In this document: positions 34,968 to 46,183 of the stretch, one piece after another
Position numbering within the stretch: position 1 is the first letter of the stretch
How the letters are laid out: each line of letters begins with the position of its first letter
Assembly (NCBI RefSeq): GCF_009914755.1
Contig: NC_060947.1
Strand: one strand, 5' to 3'
From: the human T2T-CHM13v2.0 reference genome, Homo sapiens
Length of the DNA: 64,000 bases
Program-made: the position numbers and the translations under genes
Notes under the pieces: model-generated
What the model saw: the letters and a program-made list of their open reading frames with translations, nothing else
The model's database searches: none
Told to the model about the DNA's origin: nothing

Positions 34968-35475
34968 TTGCAGTCTATTGCAAAATGGCAACAATCTGTC
35001 TTTTCTTACTCTATCCAGTCCCTTTGCAATGTGACTTTTCAGCTTCTCCCACCAAGAAGTGGAAATTATTTTTACTCCCCTTGAATCTGGGCTGGATTTG
35101 TACCTTGCTCTGGCCAATAGAACATGGCAGAAGTGACAGTGTGCCAATTTGGAACATAGGCCTCAACATGCCCTACACACTTTTTTTTCCCTTGAAACCC
35201 TGCACAGTTATCATGTGAAGAAGCCAGGTTTGGCCCACTGGAGGATGAGAGACCCCAGAATGGAGATGTGCCATTTCAGCTGAGGCAAGTCATCTTAGAC
35301 CAGCTAGCCCACAGCTGATCCAACAGCTGGCCACAGTTGTCAGAGAAAACCCAGCCAAGACCAAGTAAACCACTAAATGATCCCTGCCCAAATTGCCAAC
35401 CCAGGAAATTCTGAACTACATTGTTTTAAGTCACTTATTTTGGGGTAGTTTCTTACACAGCAAAAGTTAACTTGT
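34968..35475 (+). mobile_element. MaLR LTR (MLT1G/H-like)
   Basis: CCCTTTGCAATGTGACTTT...TGGCCAATAGAA...TTGTTTTAAGTCACTTATTTTGGGGTAGTT. Confidence 0.75.
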
Positions 35476-36389
35476 CTACCCTTTAATGAGAACAAGGTAC
35501 TTGCCCTGCTCCAAACGTAAAAAATCTCTGCTTTTAGAATTATTCCATGGTCAAATTTGTTTAAAGCCAGCATGCAGCAATCATTTATAAACTTGGCCCT
35601 TTCAAAGAGCAACTGGCCATGTTATTTGCCTAGTTTCACCTTGAAGGGCTTGCTTAGAATCAACAGAAGCAGAGTGGCCTCACCACAGGCTTCTAGTACA
35701 GAAAGGCAGAAAAGAGCTCAGATGAAAGGCTCGCCTCAGGAAGACATTGGGGAAGGAGACATGCTCAAGGAAATTGTAAAACTTTAAAATCACATGGCAG
35801 AGAAATGCTCCCAAAGATTGGCTTCTTTCTTAAAGGAGAGTTGCAGAAAGGCAGCTTTCCATCAAAAGACAAATTTTATCTTAGAATTCAGACTACTATA
35901 GAAAGGGAAGGCTAGGGACTCTGAAACCACATAGTAAAAAAGATCAGGGACACTTGTGATTGGCTTTCAGCAGGGTGATATGAAATAAAGGGTAAGTTCA
36001 CCTGTGATTATAAGTGAATTCAATTTAATAACTCCCTTTGGAAACACTCTATACATAAAAGCTATAAAAGCCTGTGCAGGGGTGGCCTCATCATCTTGAT
36101 ACCACAATTGATCTGGGAAAACCATAAAGCCAACACAGATCCTGTTCATTGAGCAAGATTCAGCAAATCCCAAGCTGACACATCAAGCACTTTACATCCA
36201 TGGGTCACAGCCACTGGCAGGCTGGTTGACCTGGCTCCAAGTGAATATGTAGCCAGACTGCATACCATGCTGTAAACCTCAGCACATTTCCAAGCAAGCA
36301 AGTTAAATTGCAACCAGGCCACTTCCGGCCTAAAGGAGGTTGCTAATCTAAAGAAATTCTCCTATGGACTGAAGCCTTTTAACCTGGGC

Positions 36390-36578
36390 AAATGGTTCCA
36401 AAAGTGTCATTCCCAGACTAGCACACCAGCATTACTTAGAAAGTTGTTAGAAATACAAATTGTGGGGCCCCATCCAAGATCTATTGAGTTGGAAACTGTG
36501 GTTGGGGCCCAGCAATCTATTTTAGTAAGCCCTCCAGGCGATTCAGATGCAGGCTTAAGTCTGAGAACCACTGTTGTA
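36390..36578. mobile_element. MER5A DNA transposon
   Basis: TGGTTCCAAAAGTGT...GTTAGAAATACAAAT...CTGAGAACCACTG. Confidence 0.8.
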
Positions 36579-36627
36579 GGTGGTTGTGGTTGGCCCCGTT
36601 CTTAGAGTAGAATTCTGGGTCTTTAAA

Positions 36628-36766
36628 ATGTATTTGTTTATTTCATTTTAGAGATGGGGGTCTTGCCATGTTGCCCAGGCTGGTCTCAAACTCCTGGGCT
36701 CAAGCATCCTCCCACCTCAGTCTCCCAAATTGCTGGGATTACAGGCGTGAGCCACCACACCTGGCT
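36628..36766 (-). mobile_element. Alu left monomer (FLAM_C-like)
   Basis: Monomer with a perfect 19-bp TSD AGAATTCTGGGTCTTTAAA. Confidence 0.92.
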
Positions 36767-37076
36767 GAAGAATTCTGGGTCTTTAAATGGCCAGTCAGAG
36801 CAAGCTTAGCACTCCTTACAGTGAGCAGGGTTCTCCTCCTTCCCTGAACAACCTTACTGGATAACTATATTTGAAAGTTGAGCCATAGCCATAGGAAATA
36901 TTTCTCCAGTAACACAGTTTGTATTTAATAATCATTCAGTAACAAAATACAGAAACAAAAGGTCATGGCACCCTAGTTTCTCAGGATTAGAAGACTGCAA
37001 AGATCATGTCACGTACTGCTTCTCAAACTTTAATGTGCATAGAAATATTTGGGAATTTTTTTAAAATACAGGTTCT

Positions 37077-37365
37077 GGCCGGGCATAGTGGCTCACGCCT
37101 GCAGTCCCAGCACTTTGAGAGGCCACACTGGGAGAATTGCTTGAGCCCAGGAGTTTGAGACCCAACTTAGGCAGCATGGTGGAACCCTGTCTCTACAAAA
37201 ACTTAAAATTTAGCTGGGCATGGTAATGCATGCACCTGTAGTTCCTGCTACTCAGGAGGCTGAGGCAGGAGGATCCCTTGAGCCCAGGAGGTCGAGGCTG
37301 CAGTGAGCCATGATTGCACCTCTACACTCCAGTCTGGGTGAAAGAGTGAGACCCTGCCTCCAAAA

Positions 37366-37399
<34 letters not shown>

Positions 37400-37415
37400 T
37401 AAATATATATAAATT
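37077..37415 (+). mobile_element. Alu (AluJ-like) with poly(A)-(TA)n tail
   Basis: Dimer; TSD AAATACAGGTTCTG / AAATGCAAGTTCTG. Confidence 0.94.
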
Positions 37416-37484
37416 AAATGCAAGTTCTGATTCAGGAGGTCTAGGGTGAGGCCTTAGGGTCTTTGTTCCTTAAAAGCTTCCAGG

Positions 37485-38052
37485 ATGCACTGCGTGGTAT
37501 CTGCACTCAGCAGTTTACTCCTGCTAGGGTGTTCAAAGGTCAGTGCCATAGAAATCCAGTATCTGGTTTCATTGGTTTTCTTGGCTTTGTGCTTGTTAAA
37601 CCTGGTATTTCTATTGATACAGCATTTGTATAGGTTTCTCATACTCTTCAGTTTGATATATTCTAAGAGTAAGCAATGCTTTTCTTTTTCTAAGGTGTCA
37701 AATTGAGAATGAAGCAGATCCTCCTACTGTGAAAATGACCCTAAAGTAAATTGGTTGAAGAAATTAGATCCCAAAGATTCTTGGTGAATTCTGATGCCTT
37801 CATCAGTATATTCATATTAAAAAGAGATGAAAGAAACCAAAATAAAAGAATTACGGGCTGACAGGACAACTGGATTAAGCATCAGTTCTATTAAAAAGGG
37901 CTAACTTGAAGATATTAATAAATCTCTTGAAGACAAATTTTGACTCCAGCTCTTTAGAGGATCCAAAGTGACCTTGATGGACAGTAGAAGGGATTACAAC
38001 ATAAAATTCCTTGAATAAAAATGTATTGATTTAAAAACAAAACAAAACAAAA
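37485..38052 (+). pseudogene. Processed retrocopy: snoRNA, downstream intron remnant, spliced 3' exons of the host gene (TAF1D-like) and poly(A)
   Basis: TSD AAAAGCTTCCAGG (37472-84) / AAAGGCTTCCAGG (38053-65); acceptor TTTTCTTTTTCTAAG|G at 37694; AATAAA 38014-19; A-rich tail from 38033. TAF1D identity is from recall. Confidence 0.82.
37486..37624 (+). ncRNA. SNORA8: H/ACA snoRNA retrocopy, SNORA8 (ACA8) family
   Basis: Matches my recall of SNORA8 (TGCACTGC.TGGTATCTGCACTCAGCAGTTTAC...). Stem GCACTG/CAGTGC (37487-92, 37541-46), H box ATAGAA 37548-53, second stem CAGTA/TATTG, ACA at 37619-21, 3 nt before the inferred end. Confidence 0.85.
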
Positions 38053-38610
38053 AAAGGCTTCCAGGTGATACCAATGCTGTTTGTCTATGGACCACACATT
38101 GAGTTGTAGGCCTCTAGTCCAAATCTGATGCTTGAATCCCCTACCTGGAACTTCCCCAACCTGGCTTTGCCTCAGAATCACCCAAGGAGCTTTGAAATGC
38201 AGACCCTTGAGTTCCACTCCAAATTTCTTGAGTCAGATTCTCTTGTAGGCTGCATATCTAGATTTTTTAAAAAGCTCCCCAGGTGATGTTGATACAACCA
38301 GATTTTCAGCTGTCTGATTTGGCATTTGTTAGCCACTAGCCTACACTGCATTCCTACCAAGTTACCTGGTCTTGCAGCTTCTGCTTAAGCCTTTCCAGGG
38401 AAAGAGTAAACTCCCTTGGGGGTGCTGAATGCATTTACAGAGAAGCACTAATCATAGTTCTTATATTTAGGTCTTTGACCCATTTTGAGTTAATTTTTGT
38501 ATATGGTATAAGGTATGGGTCCAATTTCTTTCTTTTGCATGTGGATATTCCATTTTCCCAGTGCCATTTGTTGAAAGAACTGTCTTTCTCCATTGAGTGG
38601 TCTTGGCACC

Positions 38611-38965
38611 TGATATGGTTTGGCTGTGTCCCCACCCAAATCTCACCCTGAATTGTAACATTCCCCATGCGTCCAGGGCAGGGCCAAGTGGAGATAATTG
38701 AATCACGGAGGTGTTTCCCCTATACTGTTCTCGTGGTAGTGAATAAGTCTCACGAGATCTGATGGTTTTATACAGGGGAGTTCCCCTGCACAAGCTCTCT
38801 TGCCTGCTGCCATGTAAGATGTGACTTTGCTCCTCATTTGCCTTCTGCCATGATTATAAGGCTTCCCCAGCCATGTGAAACTGTGAGTCCATTAAACTTC
38901 TTTCTTTTATAAATTACTCAATCTCGGGTATGTCTTTATTAGCAGCATGAGAACAGATTAATACA
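38611..38965 (+). mobile_element. THE1 solo LTR (MaLR)
   Basis: TGATATGGTTTGGCTGTGTCCCCACCCAAATCTC...AATACA; perfect 5-bp TSD GCACC. Confidence 0.95.
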
Positions 38966-39128
38966 GCACCATACTGCTGAAAATAATTTAACCATATATG
39001 TGAAGGTTTATTTCTGGACCTCTATTCTATTTCATTGGTCTATATGTCTGTTTTTATTCCAGTATCATACTGTTTTGATTACCATAGCTTTGTAGTAAGA
39101 TTTCAAATTGGAAAAGGTCAGTTCCCAA

Positions 39129-39152
39129 TTTTTTTCTTTTTTTTTCTTTCTT

Positions 39153-39190
<38 letters not shown>

Positions 39191-39474
39191 AGATGAGACA
39201 GGGTTTCACTCTGTCACCCAGACTGGAGTACAGTGGCATGATCACAGCTCACCACAGCCTCGACCTCCTGAGCTCAGGTGATCCTCCTACCTCAGCCTCT
39301 TCAGTAGCTGGGATTATAGGTGCATGCCACCAAGCCCAGTTAATTTTTGTATTTTTTGTAGAAACAGTGTTTTCCCATGTTGCCCAGCTGGTCTCAAACT
39401 CCTGGGGTCAAGCAGTCTGCCAGCCTTGGCCTCCCAAAGTGCTGGGATTACAGGCATGAACTACTGTGCTTGGT
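39129..39474 (-). mobile_element. Alu (AluJ-like) with a long T-rich tail
   Basis: About 60-nt T-rich run and an antisense dimer. Confidence 0.94.
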
Positions 39475-40175
39475 CAATTTTATTTTCTTAAGCTTATTTT
39501 GGCTATTTGAGGTCCCTTGACATTCTATATGAATTTTAAGATGTATTTTTGTATTTCTGCAAAAAATTGGGATTTTGACAGGGATTGCATGAAATCTGTA
39601 GATTGTTTTGGGTAGTATGGACATTTTAACAATATTGGGTCTTCCAATTCATGAACACATGATGCCTTCTTATTTTTGTCTTTATTTCATCAATGGTTTA
39701 TAGTTTTCACTGTATATCTTTCACCTCCTTGGTTAAGTTTATTTCGAAGTATTTTATTATTTTGATGCTATTGTAAAAGGAATTTTCTTAATTTTCTTTT
39801 CAGATTCCTTGTTAGCACATAGAAACACAACTGATTTTTTTCTGTTTTTATCTTGTATCCTGAAATTGTGCTGAGTTCATTTATTGTAAGAAATGTTCTG
39901 GAATCTTTAAGGTTTTCTACACATAAGATCATACCATCTGTGAACAGAGATAATTTTACTTCTTTTTTTCCCCCAATTTGAAGGTCTTTCATTTCTTTTT
40001 CTTGTCTAATTGTTTCAACTAGAACTTGCAATATTATGTTGAATAGAAGTGGCAAATGCAGACATCCCTCTATTTTTCCTGATCTTAGAGGGAAAGCTTT
40101 CAGTCTTTTACCATTGAGTATGACATTAGTTGTGGGCTTTTCATATATAGCCTTTATTATGTTGAGGAAGTTTTC

Positions 40176-40524
<349 letters not shown>

Positions 40525-41205
40525 TGAATTTTGTCAAATGCTTTTTCTATATCCATTGAAATGATAATATGGGTTTTTTTTCATTGTGTTAACATAGTAT
40601 AATATATTGATTGATTTTCATATGTTGAACCATCCTTGTACTCCAGAAATAAATCCCACTTGGTCATGGTATATAATCATTTTAATATGCTGCTGAATTT
40701 AGTTTGCTAGTATTTTCTTGAGGATTTTTGCATCAATATTTATAAGAGATATTAGGTTTTTTTTTTTCTTGTAGTGTCTTTGTCTGGCTTTGATGTCAGA
40801 GTAATGCTGGCCTCATAGAATGAGTTAGAAAGTGTTACTCCTCTTGAATTTCTTGGAAGAGTTTAAGAAGGACTGGAGTTAGTTCTTCTTGTAATTCATA
40901 GAATTCACCAGTGAAACCATCTCATCCAGGCATGTTTTTAGTGGGAGGCTTTTGACTACTGAGTCAATCTCCGAACTAGTTGTGGGTTTATTTAGATTTT
41001 CTGTTTCTTCATCATTCAGTCTTGGCAGGTCGTGTCTTTCTACAAATTTGTTCATTTCATCCAGGTTATCCAATTTGTTGGCATACAGATGTTCACAGTA
41101 CTCTCTTATAATCCTTTTTATCTTTCTAAAATCATTACTAATGTCCCGGTTTCATTTCTGATTTTAGTAATTTTAAAATATTTTTCTGCCTTCTGCAAAC
41201 AAATA

Positions 41206-41384
41206 TTTTTTTTATATTATACTTTAAGTTCTAGGGTGCATATGCACAACGTGCAGGTTACATATGTATACATGTGCCGTGTTGGTTTGCTGCACCCATT
41301 AACTCATCATTTACATTAGGTATTTCTCCTAATGCTATCCCTCCCCCATCCCCCCACCCCACAACGGGCCCCAGTGTGTGATGT
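41206..41384 (-). mobile_element. Short L1PA 3' tip (about 180 bp)
   Basis: TATTATACTTTAAGTTCTAGGGT... antisense L1PA end; TSD TGCAAACAAATA / TGCAAACACATA. Confidence 0.92.
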
Positions 41385-41399
41385 TGCAAACACATAATT

Positions 41400-41690
41400 T
41401 CTTTTTGAGACAGAGTGTGCTCTGTTGCCCAGGCTGGAGTGCAGTGGCGTGATCATAGCTCACTGCAACCTCAACTTCCCAGGCTCAAATGATCCTTCCA
41501 CCTTACTGTCCCAAGTAATTGGGACTACAGGTGCACAACACCATGCCCTGCTATTTAAAAAAATTTTTTTGTAGAGACAGAGTCTCACTATGTTGCCCAG
41601 ACTGCTCTCAAACTCCTGGGCTAAAGTGATCCTCCTGCCTCAGCCTCCCAAAGTGCTGGGATTACAGGCATGAGACACTGCACCCAGCCC
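41400..41690 (-). mobile_element. Alu (AluJ-like)
   Basis: Antisense dimer; TSD AACACATAATTT / AACATATAATTT. Confidence 0.93.
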
Positions 41691-44298
41691 CAACATATAA
41701 TTTTTACCAAATTTTTTTCTTAGTTAATCTAGCTAAAGGTTTGTCAATTTTGCTGATCTTTTTGAAGAATCAAATTATGGTTTGTCATTCTTCTCTACTG
41801 TTTTTCTATTCTCTACTTTATTTATTGCTGTTTTAAACTTTATTGATTATTTTCTTATGCTAGCGTTAGGGTTCTTCTTTTTCTATTTCCTTAAGGTATA
41901 AAGTTGGGTTGTTGATTTGAGACCATTATTCCTTTTTAATGTAAGCATTTAGTTATAAATTTCTCTTTTAGCATTGCTTTTGCTGCGTTCCAAAATTTTT
42001 GGCATGTTGTATTTCATTTTCATTTGTCTCAAGATATGCTCTCTCTTGTGATTTCTTATTTGACACATTGGTTATTTAAGAGCGTGTTTTTTAATATCCA
42101 TGTATTCATGAATTTTCCAGTTTTCCTTCTGCTGATTTCTATTTTCATTCCATTGTGATCAGAAAAGACACTCTGTCTGATTTCAGTCCTTTAAACTTTA
42201 TTAAGGCTTGTTTTGTGGCCTAACATATGGTCTATCCTGGAAAATACTCCAAGTATATTTGAGAAAAATGTGTATTCTGCTGTTGTTGTGTGGAGTGTTC
42301 TACATATGTCTGTTATATCCAGTTGGTTTGTAGTGTTTTTCAAGTTCTCTCATTACTTGTTGATCTTCTGTTTGGTTGTTCTATCCATTATTTAAAGTGG
42401 GATATTTGGGGTATTGAAATATCCAACTTTCATTGTAGAGTTGTCTATTTCTCCCTTCAGTTCTGTCAATGTTTGCTTCATATATTTTTGAGCTCTGGTG
42501 TTTGGTACATACATGTTTATAATTGTTATTTCTTCTTCATGAATTAACCTTCTAAACAACATATAATGTCCTTTTTTTATCTCTTATAATAGTTTTTGAC
42601 TTAAATTCCATTTTGTCTGATGTTAATAGAGCCACTTCTGCTCTCTTCTGGTTACTATTTGCATGGAGTATCTTCTTTCAGCCTTTCATTTTCAGTCTAT
42701 TTGGGTCCTTATGTCTAAAGTGAGTCTCTTGTTGGCAATATATAGTTAGATCATGTTTTTTAAAAACCTGTTCTGTTTTCCATACGTCTCAGAGCTTTCT
42801 TTGTCCCTCATTCCCTTCATTACTGCCTTTTTCGTGTGTCTATGTAATTTTTTGTAATGACATATCTTGATTCCCTTCCCATTTCCTTTTGTGTGTATTC
42901 TATAAATATTTCATCTGTGGTTACCATGAGACTACATATAATACGGTAATGTTATAAAAATTTACTTTGAGTTGATACGCACTTAACCTAACTTGCATAC
43001 AAAAACTCTATTCCTATACAGCTCTATCCCCTCATACTGTTCATGTTATTGATATCACAAATTATATCTTTATAGATTGTGTACCCACTAGCATAAATTT
43101 ATAATTTTTTGCAAGTGTCTTTTACATTCCATAGAAAATGTAAAGTGGAGTTACTAACCAAAATTACAATAAAAAATGACTTTTCATATTTGCCCATGTA
43201 TTTGCCTTTATTGGAGATCTTTATATCTTCATGTGGCTATGAGTAACTGTCTAACATCCTTTTATTTCATTCTGAAGGAGTCCCTTAAGCATTTCTTATA
43301 GCGAAGTTCTAGTGGTAATGAACTTTTTAAGCTTTTGTTTATCTGAGAATATCCACTAAGTTCATTATTCTTAAATAACTCTTCAACAAGGGGATTACAT
43401 AGATAAAATTCTATATCAAATAGATATATTTTTATAGATACATTTTTTTATATCTAGATAAAATTCTAAATAAAAATTCCTGATGGGGATTGCTGGCAAG
43501 ATGGCTGAATAGGAACAGCTCCGGTCTGCAGCTCTCAGCGAGATCGATGCACAAGGCAGGTGATTTCTGCATTTCCAACTGAGGTACCCGGTTCATCTCA
43601 TTGGGACTGGTTGGACAGTGGGTGCAGCCCACAGAGGGCAAGCCGAAGCAGGCTGGGGTGCCACCTCACGTGGGAAGCACAAGGGGTTGGGAAAGTTTCT
43701 CCCCTACCCAAGGGAAGCCGTGAGGGACTAAGCCTGAGGAACTCCAGCACAGATACTATGCTTGTCCCACGGTCTTCGCAACCCACAAATGAGGATAATC
43801 CCTCCCGTGCCCACCCCACCAGGGCCCTGGGTTTCAAGCACAAAACTGGGCGGCCATTTGGGCAGACACCCAACTAGCTGCAGGAGTTTTTTCCATACCC
43901 CAGTGGCACCCCAGCGAGACATAACCGTTCATTCCCCTGGAAAGGGGTACTGAAGCTAGGGAGCCAAGTGGTCTGGCTTGGCAGGGCCCACCCCCACAGA
44001 GCCCAGCAAACTAAGATCCACTGGCTTGAAATTCCCACTGCCAGCACAGCAGCAGTCTGAGATCAACCCAGGGAATTCAAACTTGGTGGGGGAAGGCGTG
44101 TCCGCCATTGCTGAGGCTTGAGTAGGTGGCTTTATGTTCACAGTGTAAACAAAGCCACTGGGAAGTTCAAACTGGGTGAAGTCCACTGCAGCTCGGCAAG
44201 GCTGCTGTGGCCAGACTGCCAGATTTCTCTTCTCTGGGCAGGGCCTCTGTGAAAAAAAGGCAGCAGCCCCATTCAGGGACTTATAGATAAAACTCCCA

Positions 44299-44602
<304 letters not shown>

Positions 44603-45103
44603 CCTCCCATCTCCCTGGGACAAAGCACCTGGGGAAAGGGGTGGCTGTGGGCAAAGCTTCAGCAGACTTAAACGTACCTGCCTGACAGCTCTGAAGAGAG
44701 CAACAGACCTCCCAGCACAGCATTCGAGCTCTGCTAAGGGTCAGACTGCCTCCTCAAGTGGGTCGCTGACCCCCATGTATCCTGACTGGGAGACACCTCC
44801 CAGTAGGGGCCAACAGATACCTCACACAGGAGAGCTCTGGTTGGCATCTGGCAGGTGCCCCTCTGCGATGAAGCTTCCAGATGAAAGATCAGGCAGCAAT
44901 CATTGCTGTTCTGCAGCCTCCACTGGCGATACCCAGGCAAACAGGGTCAGGAGTGGACCTCCAGAAAACTCCAGCAAACTGGCAGTAGAAGGGACTGACT
45001 GTCAGAAGGAAAACTAACAAACAGAAAGGAATAGCACATCCACTCAAAGACCCTATCCAAAGGTCACCAACCTCAAAGACCAAAGGTAGATAAATCCACA
45101 AAG

Positions 45104-46120
45104 ATTGGGAGAAACCAGCAGAAAAAGGCTGAAAATTCCAAAAACCAGAATGCTTCTTCTCCTCCAAAGGATCACAACTCTTCACCAGCAAAGGAACAAA
45201 ACTGGACGGAGAATGAGTTTGACAAATTGACAGAAGTAGGCTTCAGAAGGTAGGTAATAACAAACTCCTCTAAGCTAAAGGTGCATGTTCTAAACCAAAG
45301 CAAGGAAGCTAAAAACCTAGAAAAAAGGCTAGAGGAATTGCTAACTAGAATAAGCAGTTCAGAGAAGAACATGAATGACCTGATGGAGCTGAAAAACACA
45401 GGACGAAAACTTCGTGAAGCATACACAAGTTTCAATAGCCAAATCAATCAAGCAGAAGAAAGGATATCAGTGATTGAAGATCAACTTGATGAAATAAAGA
45501 CAGAAGACAAGATTAGAGAAAAAAGAATAAAAAGGAATGAACAAAGCCTCCAAGAAATACGGGACTATGTAAAAAGACCAAACCTAAGTTTGATTGGTGT
45601 ACATGAAAGAGACGAGGAGAATGGAACCAAATTGGAAAACACTCTTCAGGATATTACCTAGGAGAACTTCCCCAACTTAGCAAGACAGGCCAATATTCAA
45701 ATTCAGGAAATAGAACACCACAAAGATACTCCTCGAGAAGAGCAAACCCAAGACATAATCGTCAGATTCACCAAGGTTGAAATGAAGGAAAAAATGTTAA
45801 GGGCAGCCAGAGAGAAAGGTCGGGGTATCCATAAAGGGAAGCCCATCAGACTAACAGTGGATCTCTCTGCAGAAACCCTACAAGCCAGAAGAGAGTGAGG
45901 GCTAATATTCAACATTCTTAAAGAAAAGAATTTTCAACCCAGAATTTCATATCCAGCCAAACTAAGCTTCACAAGCGAAGGAGAAATAAAATCCTTTACA
46001 GACAAGCACATGAGAGATTTTGTTACCACCAGGCCTGCCTTACAAGAGCTCCTAAAGGAAGCACTAAACATGGAAAGAAAAAACCAGTACCAGACACTGC
46101 AAAAACATACCAAATTGTAA
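45104..46120 (+). pseudogene. L1 ORF1 (disrupted)
   Basis: ORF 45281-45661 coiled-coil peptide (...EQSLQEIRDYVKRPNL); start codon appears mutated (AAGATTGGGAGA); in-frame stops. Confidence 0.9.
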
Positions 46121-46183
46121 AGAACATTGACACTATGAAGAAACTGCATCAACTAACTGGCAAAACAACCAGCTAGCATCATA

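Larger units (their letters stand above)
37013..38112. mobile_element. MER5-family DNA transposon split by an Alu and the snoRNA retrocopy
   Basis: CTTCTCAAACTTTAATGTGCATAGAAA... / TTCTGATTCAGGAGGTCTAGGGTGAGGCC / CCAGGTGATACCAATGCTG...GGACCACAC rejoin once the insertions are removed. Confidence 0.8.

Noticed and set aside
37485-37706. 73-aa hydrophobic ORF starting at the first base of the retrocopy, resembling a small membrane protein
   Set aside because: It reads through the T-rich snoRNA and intron remnant, and the hydrophobicity follows from base composition.
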